64,000 nucleotides of DNA from an uncultured Dehalococcoidia bacterium (GTDB taxonomy: Bacteria > Chloroflexota > Dehalococcoidia > DSTF01 > JACRBR01). The DNA is taken from positions 2,427 through 66,426 of the forward strand of contig CAZAPT010000004.1 in NCBI GenBank assembly GCA_964487335.1, in the 5' to 3' direction. Position 1 is the stretch's first letter; each line of letters begins with the position of its first letter. The translations under genes were made by a program, and so were the position numbers. This document shows, piece after piece, positions 57,600 through 64,000 of this stretch. The notes under the pieces were generated by a model. It searched no databases, had not been told where the DNA came from, and saw only the letters and a list, made by a program, of their open reading frames with translations.

Positions 57600-59386
57600 C
57601 GACAGCAGACACGAGCACCAAGAGCGTCGAGATACCGCGTGTCCTGTCCGTGAAGGACCTGGGCGATCTGCTTGGCGTGTCCCCGGTCGAGGTCATCAAG
57701 GAGCTGATGAAGAACGGCGTGATGGCCGCCATCAACCAGACGATCGACTTCGACACCGCGGCGATCGTTGCGACGGACCTGGGGTTCGAGGCGATCGAGC
57801 CGCGGGCGGCGGCGGAGCAGGCCGTCGAAGCGCCTGCAGCCGACGGTCAGCCGAAACGCGCGGTCATCGAAGAAGACGAGACGAAGGTCGTGTCGCGACC
57901 GCCGGTCGTGACGATCATGGGGCATGTTGACCACGGGAAGACGAGCCTGCTCGACGCGATCCGCGAGACGAAGGTCACAGCGGGCGAGGCCGGCGGTATC
58001 ACGCAGCACATCGGCGCGTACCAGGTGCACGTCGACTCGCACGACATCACGTTCCTCGACACTCCGGGCCACGAAGCGTTCACGGCGATGCGCGCGCGCG
58101 GCGCGAAAGTCACGGACGTGGCGGTGCTGGTGGTGGCGGCGGACGACGGCGTGATGCCGCAGACGAAAGAAGCGATCGACCACGCGAAGGCGGCCGGCGT
58201 GCCGATCGTGGTGGCGCTGAACAAGATCGACCTTCCAAATGCGAACCCGGACCGGGTGAAGAAAGAGCTGTCGGACAACGGGGTGGTGATCGAGGAGTGG
58301 GGTGGCGACACGCCGCTTGTGCCGGTCTCTGCGAAGACCCGCGAGGGGCTGGACGACCTGCTGCAGAACATCCTGGTAGTGTCGGAGGTGCTCGATCTCA
58401 AGGCGGACCCCACGCGCGCGGCGATCGGCATCGTGGTCGAGGCGGAGCTGAGCAAGACGCGCGGGCCGCTGGCAACAGTGCTGGTGAAGACGGGGACGCT
58501 GCACGTCAGCGACTACGTCGTCGTCGGCGAGACGATGGGCCGGTTGAAGGCGATGCAGAACGAGCACGGCAAGCGCATCAAGGTAGCGGGGCCCTCGGCG
58601 CCGGCGGAGATCCTTGGGCTGCAAGCGGTGCCGAAGGCGGGCGAGACGTTGCAGGTCGCGCCGGATGAGAAGACGGCGCGGGCGACAGTGCTGGGGCGCA
58701 TCCGCGAGCGCGAGGCGGCGGCGATGCACCAGCAGCAGCGGGTGACGCTCGACACGCTGTTCGGTGAGATCAGCGCCGGGAAGCTGAAAGAACTCAACAT
58801 CATCCTCAAGACGGACGTGCAGGGCTCGATCGAGCCGATCCGGACGTCGCTGGAGCGGCTTTCGAACGAGCAGGTGAAGGTAAAGATCATCCACACCGGC
58901 TCCGGATCGATCACGGAGACGGACGTAATGCTCGCGGTGGCGTCGGGCGCGATCATCATCGCGTTCAACACGGGGCTCGAGGGCGGGGCGGAGCGGTTGG
59001 CGGCGCAGGAGAAGGTGGACATCCGCCACTACAGCGTCATCTACAACATCGTCGAGGACGTGGACAAAGCGCTGAAGGGGATGCTGGAGCCGACGTTCCG
59101 CGAGGTGGTGACGGCGCATGCGGAAGTGCGGCAGGTGTTCAAGGTATCGCGCCGCAACTCTATCGCCGGCTGTTTCGTGCGGGACGGGATGGTGAACCGG
59201 AACGACAGCGCGCGGGTGCTGCGGAACGGTCAGGGCGTGTACACCGGCAAGCTGACGTCGCTGAAGCGGTTCCAGGACGACGTCCGGGACGTAGCGGCGA
59301 ACTTCGAGTGCGGGGTGCAGGTCGAGGGGTTCGACAGCTTCGAGCCGGAGGACGAGATCGAGTTCTTCCGGACGGAGCGGGAGTAG
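57596..59386 (+). CDS. infB: Translation initiation factor IF-2 (short N-terminal form)
   Basis: G domain [24 protein letters not shown]. Confidence 0.95.
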   Translation: MTTADTSTKSVEIPRVLSVKDLGDLLGVSPVEVIKELMKNGVMAAINQTIDFDTAAIVATDLGFEAIEPRAAAEQAVEAPAADGQPKRAVIEEDETKVVSRPPVVTIMGHVDHGKTSLLDAIRETKVTAGEAGGITQHIGAYQVHVDSHDITFLDTPGHEAFTAMRARGAKVTDVAVLVVAADDGVMPQTKEAIDHAKAAGVPIVVALNKIDLPNANPDRVKKELSDNGVVIEEWGGDTPLVPVSAKTREGLDDLLQNILVVSEVLDLKADPTRAAIGIVVEAELSKTRGPLATVLVKTGTLHVSDYVVVGETMGRLKAMQNEHGKRIKVAGPSAPAEILGLQAVPKAGETLQVAPDEKTARATVLGRIREREAAAMHQQQRVTLDTLFGEISAGKLKELNIILKTDVQGSIEPIRTSLERLSNEQVKVKIIHTGSGSITETDVMLAVASGAIIIAFNTGLEGGAERLAAQEKVDIRHYSVIYNIVEDVDKALKGMLEPTFREVVTAHAEVRQVFKVSRRNSIAGCFVRDGMVNRNDSARVLRNGQGVYTGKLTSLKRFQDDVRDVAANFECGVQVEGFDSFEPEDEIEFFRTERE

Positions 59387-59485
59387 GGGCGCGGCTGACG
59401 TCTCGCCAGAACAAACAGCAAGGATCGAACAAATCGGCGCCGCGACTGCCGTGAGTTGCTCGGCGGGTCGCTCTTGGTGTGATGG

Positions 59486-59845
59486 ATGACTCAGCGGACG
59501 GAGCGGCTTAGCCACGTGGTGCGCAAGGAGCTGAGCGAGCTGCTTCGTGACGAGATGCGGGATCCGCGCGTCGGCGGACTGGTGACGGTGACGCACGTCG
59601 ATGTTTCGCCGGACCTGCGGCACGCGGTCGCGTTCGTCAGCGTGCTCGGGACGCACGAGGAGCGGACATCGACGATGGAGGCACTTCGGCACGCGCGGCC
59701 GTTCCTCAGACGAGAGCTGGCGCAACGCATGACCTCGAAGAACACCCCGGATCTTGACTTCCGCGCGGACGACTCGATGGAGAAGGCGCAGGAGCTGACG
59801 GACCAGATGCGGCGCAACGCCGCGGAGCGCGGGGAGACGCTCTGA
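59486..59845 (+). CDS. rbfA: Ribosome-binding factor A
   Basis: 119 aa, RbfA KH-like sequence. Confidence 0.9.
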   Translation: MTQRTERLSHVVRKELSELLRDEMRDPRVGGLVTVTHVDVSPDLRHAVAFVSVLGTHEERTSTMEALRHARPFLRRELAQRMTSKNTPDLDFRADDSMEKAQELTDQMRRNAAERGETL

Positions 59846-60399
59846 TGGCGTGGATCGCGGGCGAACGGGTGGTGCTCCGCGCGTGGGAGGGCGACGACGT
59901 GCGGACGCGATGGGAAGCGGACCAGTCCGCCGATGCAGAGGCGCAGCGGCTGCGGGACTGGCACGAGGCGCCGCGGTCCTTGTTCCAGCGCGAGCAGGAG
60001 TTCGAGGCGGGGCAGTCGGATCCGGACGCCTCGGAGATCTCGCTGATTATCGAGGCGGACGGACGCGCGGTGGGTGATATCAACCTTTTCCAGATCGACA
60101 CGCGCGACCAGCGCGCGCTCGTCGGGCTGAGCATCTGGAGCCGGAACGACTGGGACAAAGGGTACGGCACGGACGCGATGCGGGCGATGATGCGCTGGGG
60201 GTTCCGGGAGTTGAACCTCCATCGCATCGAGCTGGAGGTCGACGTCGACAACCCGCGAGCGATCCACGTGTACGAGAACCTGGGATTCGTCTGCGAAGGG
60301 CGGCGGCGGGAGCAGCACTTCGACGGCGGACGGTTCCACGACGCGATGATCATGGGGATGCTGGCACTCGACTTCGCCGACGGCTGTGGCCCGCGCTAA
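59845..60399 (+). CDS. GNAT-family N-acetyltransferase (RimJ/RimL-like)
   Basis: GNAT fold motifs (acetyl-CoA-binding region ...RAMMRWGF...). Confidence 0.75.
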   Translation: MAWIAGERVVLRAWEGDDVRTRWEADQSADAEAQRLRDWHEAPRSLFQREQEFEAGQSDPDASEISLIIEADGRAVGDINLFQIDTRDQRALVGLSIWSRNDWDKGYGTDAMRAMMRWGFRELNLHRIELEVDVDNPRAIHVYENLGFVCEGRRREQHFDGGRFHDAMIMGMLALDFADGCGPR

Positions 60400-61450
60400 A
60401 CGCGCCGAGGCCAAGCGCTACTACGCACTGACTGTCCCTGGCATCGAAGATCTCGCGGCCGCCGAGCTACGGCGCGCCGGAGCTTCGCGGATCGAAACGC
60501 TGTCGGGGTTCGACAAGCGGGACAGCATCGTGCTGTTCGAGGCCGGGTCTGCGGCGGCAACGCTCCGATGCGGGCTGCTCGAGGACGTGTTCGCGGTGTT
60601 AGTGGATGTGCCGGTGCCGAAGGGACGCGGGGCGCCTTCGGTGCTGGCTCGAGCGGCCGAGCGGACGACTCTCGAGGCGGCGATGCTGGAGCATCACGCG
60701 CTGGCATCGAAGAAGCGGGGGCGATCGTACAAGGTGATCGCTCGGGTTGCGGGACGGCAGGCGTTTCGGCGGCAGGACGTGGAGGCGGCATTCGGACGAG
60801 CGATCGGACGCGTGCTGCCGCACTGGGTGCAGGTGCGGGGTGACGCGGCGGTCGAGGTGTGGGTGCATGTCGTCGGGGAGCGGGCGATCGTCGGGCTGCG
60901 GCTATCGAGCGACGAGCTTGCGCAGCGGCGGTGGAAGCGGGCGCACTTGCCGGCGTCACTGAAGCCGACGGTAGCACGGGCGCTGGTGGAGCTGGGCGAG
61001 CCGCGGGCCGGAGACGTCTTCGTCGATCCGATGTGTGGAGCGGGTACGATCGCGCGGGAGCGGTCGGATGCGGGACCGGCGCGCATGATTATCGGAGGAG
61101 ACGTGGATGTCGCGGCGCTCGCGGCGTCGCGGGAGAACCTCGGACGAGGCGTCAGGCTGGCGCAGTGGGATGCGACGCGGCTGCCGTTTCAGGATGGGTC
61201 GGTGGACGCGTTCGTAGTGAACCCGCCGTACGGGCGGCAGCATCAGCCGACCGAGGGTGTTGGCGGACTGTACCGCGAAATGATGCGGGAGGCGCGGCGC
61301 GTGTTACGGCGGGGCGGGCGGTGCGTCGTGCTGACCGGTGAGGCCGAGGCACTGGGGCGGGCACTTCCTCGCGAGATGCGGGTGCGGGAGAAGCGCCGGA
61401 TGCTGGTGCGAGGGCTGCCGGTGACGGCGTTCGTTATGGTTCGGGCGTGA
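60386..61450 (+). CDS. THUMP-domain RNA (guanine-N2)-methyltransferase
   Basis: GTG start. N-terminal THUMP-like domain, SAM-binding motif DPMCGAGT and catalytic NPPYG. Confidence 0.78.
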   Translation: MARAKRAEAKRYYALTVPGIEDLAAAELRRAGASRIETLSGFDKRDSIVLFEAGSAAATLRCGLLEDVFAVLVDVPVPKGRGAPSVLARAAERTTLEAAMLEHHALASKKRGRSYKVIARVAGRQAFRRQDVEAAFGRAIGRVLPHWVQVRGDAAVEVWVHVVGERAIVGLRLSSDELAQRRWKRAHLPASLKPTVARALVELGEPRAGDVFVDPMCGAGTIARERSDAGPARMIIGGDVDVAALAASRENLGRGVRLAQWDATRLPFQDGSVDAFVVNPPYGRQHQPTEGVGGLYREMMREARRVLRRGGRCVVLTGEAEALGRALPREMRVREKRRMLVRGLPVTAFVMVRA

Positions 61451-62334
61451 GTGAGGTCTGCGGGCTCATCATCATCGACAAGCCTTCGGGCGTATCTTCG
61501 TTTTCGATGGTGTCGCTGGTGCGACGGCTCACGGGGGTGCGGCGGGTTGGGCACGCCGGGACGCTCGATCCCATGGCGTCGGGGGTGCTCCCGGTGGCGG
61601 TGGGGAGGGCGACGCGGCTCATAGAGTACATGGACGACGAAGCGAAGGTGTACGAGGCGTCGGTGCGATTCGGCGTGACGACGGAGACGTACGACGCGGA
61701 GGGAGCGGTCGTCGAAGAGCGGAACGCTTCGGGGCTGACGCGGGAAGCCGTAGATACGGCGCTTCGGAAGTTCGTCGGGGATATCGAGCAACGACCGCCG
61801 GCGTACAGCGCGCTGAAGGTGGCGGGGAAGCCAATGTATCGATACGCGCGGGAGGGAGTGGCGGTGGACGCGGCGGCTCGACGGGTGCGGATCGACTCGA
61901 TCGAGCTACGGACGTTAGAGGATGGGGTGGCGGAGATCGAGGTGGTGTGCGGGAAGGGGACGTACATCCGGTCGCTGGCGCATGACGCGGGGCTGCTGCT
62001 GGGGGTCGGCGCGCACCTCTCGGCTTTGCGGCGGACGCGGAGCGGCGGGTTTGGCATCGACGACGCGCGGGAGCCGGAGGAGCTGCGGCGCCTAGCGGAG
62101 GAGGGGCGACTCGAGGAGGCGGTGCTAGCGCCAGACCGGGCGATGGAGCGGCGCCCGGCGGCGATCGTGGGGCCAGAGAAGGCGCGGGACGTCTGCGCCG
62201 GCCGTGATATCAGCTTCGCGGAGGAGGCAGCCGGGCTGTGCCGGGCGTATTCGGTGGAAGGGGAGTTCCTCGCGGCGTTGACGGCGGTCGGCGGGGGACG
62301 GTGGCATCCGGCGAAGGTCGTTGGGTGTCTATGA
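61447..62334 (+). CDS. truB: tRNA pseudouridine(55) synthase TruB
   Basis: GTG start overlaps the upstream stop. Catalytic GHAGTLDP; PUA-less/short C-terminus. Confidence 0.92.
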   Translation: MSEVCGLIIIDKPSGVSSFSMVSLVRRLTGVRRVGHAGTLDPMASGVLPVAVGRATRLIEYMDDEAKVYEASVRFGVTTETYDAEGAVVEERNASGLTREAVDTALRKFVGDIEQRPPAYSALKVAGKPMYRYAREGVAVDAAARRVRIDSIELRTLEDGVAEIEVVCGKGTYIRSLAHDAGLLLGVGAHLSALRRTRSGGFGIDDAREPEELRRLAEEGRLEEAVLAPDRAMERRPAAIVGPEKARDVCAGRDISFAEEAAGLCRAYSVEGEFLAALTAVGGGRWHPAKVVGCL

Positions 62335-62525
62335 GGAATCGCCGCCAGACCTGTACCGCGAAGCTTCGTCGGCATCACGGTCGGACGCGGGGCCACACCC
62401 CACTCGGCAAGATGCTGGCGTCCGCAAACTGGCTCGGAACCTTCGCTTTTTCGATGTATCACAACCATCGTAGAAAAGGTCGCTGACATTTCGAAAACAT
62501 CTATAGTTGATTCTGGCGGCTCGCA

Positions 62526-62554
62526 TTGACAGATTGCCCCCAAAGTCAGATACT
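62526..62554 (+). promoter_or_regulatory. Candidate sigma70-type promoter
   Basis: TTGACA-N17-GATACT, about 90 nt upstream of the ATG at 62646. Confidence 0.4.
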
Positions 62555-62645
62555 CGCCTTAACTTGGCGACGGGACGCACCCGTTGTCAGGTAGTCGCGT
62601 GTTCCCCCCGCCAATCTTCTGGTTCTCGCGACCACCGCGAGGGTT

Positions 62646-64000
62646 ATGCCGGACGGCCTTCGTCGCCGCTTGTCCGCAGCATTGCCTGTACACGCCGGGG
62701 CGCTGCCACGCGTCTGCTCGGTGGCGTTGGCCCACGTGCCAGGCAGCAGCCGGTCGAAGCTCTCGATCACGGCGCTCGCGCTTGTGGCGGCGGCGATCTT
62801 CGGGTTTTACGTCGTAGCCCAGCTTGAGACGAACCCGCAGATCACGACTGACAGGCCCTACTATCCGCCCTATAGCATCGTGACGATGACGGGGACCGGC
62901 ATGAACCCGGGCGCCAGCTATGACGTCGTCACGGTCCGGCCCGGCAGTGTGGTGAGCGGCGACGGGCTGGAGCATCCGATCCCGCCGGCGCCATACGAGA
63001 CCGCCGTTGCAAACTCCTCCGGGACGTTCACATATCACTACCAGCTCACCAACATGCAGGGGTTCTACACGGTCAACGTGTACCGATCGACCGACACGGC
63101 GCACGCCAACCTCATTGCGACAACGACATTCGAGGATGCGCTGAACCCGAACCTAGACCAGTGCTCGAACGGTTCACCGGCGTTTGGGGACTTCCACTGT
63201 GACTGGCAGAACGGGGACCTGAACGCGAGCAACTCGGCCTACCTCGAGGGGCAGGTGATCGCATTCCGCCTCGGGATCGATGGTTTCACTACGAACGGGA
63301 CGCACACAATCCACATCAACTACGACTTCTCAAAAGCGGGGGTCAAGTCGTACGACTTCCTGACAAAGTACAACGACACGCAAACAGGCGCCGATCCCTG
63401 CTCAGGGAGCGCGGCCGCACCGAGCCTCTGCCCAGGGCTCCCGACCGAGCCGCCGCAGTGCTTCTCATTCCCGAGCGACACGTTCAACGCGGGCGGGCTG
63501 CCGGTATCGGGAGCGGAAACGTCGTTCGGGCTCGCCAGATGTCTGGGCATCTACGGCGAGACGATCACAAGCATCTCGCCGCCGGCGCACACTCCGGCGG
63601 TGTGGTCGGGCGGTGACAGCTCCGTAGATCTTCTCGTCACGTTCACCAACTCGGGTTCGGCCGTGCTCCTCGTCTGGGGCGCGCACCTCGCGTACAGCGG
63701 GTACTGGGGCGCGGGGCAGGGCGCTGCGAGCGTCAGCGGCGCGCCCATCCACATGCAGACGCAGCAACTCGACGGAGCGGGGAACAAGAACCAGTCCAGG
63801 AACTTCCAGCCGTCCGGCATCGCGACAATGACGCCGACACCGACCAACACTGGCACGGTAACGAACACGCCGACCCCCACAGCGACCTACACCGCCACGC
63901 CCACGCGGACGAATACGGCGACGAGCACGCCGACGCGCACGAACACGCCGACAATCACGAGCACGCCAACCCGAACGAGCACCGCCACGAACACGGCGAC
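62646..64000 (+). CDS. Secreted or membrane-anchored protein with a C-terminal Thr/Pro-rich (TPTRTN) repeat region; partial, runs off the window end
   Basis: Hand translation from the first in-frame ATG after a TAG at 62592-94. N-terminal TM/signal anchor, a ~350-aa globular region, then TPTPTNTGTV...TPTRTNTATSTPTRTN repeats. It is not in the ORF track because no stop codon falls in the window. Confidence 0.6.
   Translation, partial: MPDGLRRRLSAALPVHAGALPRVCSVALAHVPGSSRSKLSITALALVAAAIFGFYVVAQLETNPQITTDRPYYPPYSIVTMTGTGMNPGASYDVVTVRPGSVVSGDGLEHPIPPAPYETAVANSSGTFTYHYQLTNMQGFYTVNVYRSTDTAHANLIATTTFEDALNPNLDQCSNGSPAFGDFHCDWQNGDLNASNSAYLEGQVIAFRLGIDGFTTNGTHTIHINYDFSKAGVKSYDFLTKYNDTQTGADPCSGSAAAPSLCPGLPTEPPQCFSFPSDTFNAGGLPVSGAETSFGLARCLGIYGETITSISPPAHTPAVWSGGDSSVDLLVTFTNSGSAVLLVWGAHLAYSGYWGAGQGAASVSGAPIHMQTQQLDGAGNKNQSRNFQPSGIATMTPTPTNTGTVTNTPTPTATYTATPTRTNTATSTPTRTNTPTITSTPTRTSTATNTA

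Noticed and set aside
62560-62600. GGGACGCA-containing hairpin in the leader of the 62646 gene as a second GEMM riboswitch
   Set aside because: It lacks the GGCAAACC element and the GGACGCAAAGCC consensus. It is just a gcgac/gtcgc stem-loop.

Overview
This window is high-GC (about 68%) bacterial chromosomal DNA. Zinc-ribbon forms of L24 and S14, together with the gene order, point to a Chloroflexi/Thermomicrobia-like or Deinococcus-Thermus-like lineage. I found no rRNA, tRNA or CRISPR.

Layout of the window:
- 1-16.6 kb: a contiguous S10-spc-alpha ribosomal-protein superoperon on the + strand (rplC 3' end through rpsI; a convergent rpsT follows immediately on the - strand), with secY, adk, map, infA, rpmJ, rpoA and truA embedded in it.
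- 16.6-30 kb: housekeeping genes, including murJ, a deoxyhypusine-synthase-like gene, nnr-acpS, folD, an orphan NuoE/NuoF-like flavoprotein pair, fmt, acyP and moeA.
- 30.2-34.9 kb: an error-prone polymerase cassette (imuB, a small ORF, dnaE2) with no imuA, preceded by a GAAC-N4-GTTC SOS-box-like palindrome.
- 35.7-45.8 kb: an accessory cell-surface island, described below.
- 45.9-64 kb: a marR-ClC pair, a frameshifted Vgb-like lipoprotein gene, lepA, a hydrolase / ABC-2 / VOC cluster, the nusA-ylxR-infB-rbfA-truB operon, and the start of another Thr/Pro-repeat secreted protein.

The accessory island is the most interesting region. It holds two tandem CSLREA / parallel-beta-helix secreted proteins and a third protein with thrombospondin-type-3-like repeats. 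All three end in the same dockerin-like calcium-binding C-terminal module, and two of them share a 320-bp nucleotide-identical 3' end. A Thr/Pro-rich secreted protein follows on the opposite strand. The last gene, a standalone TadE/TadG-like pseudopilin, sits behind what reads as a c-di-GMP-I (GEMM) riboswitch with an intrinsic terminator.
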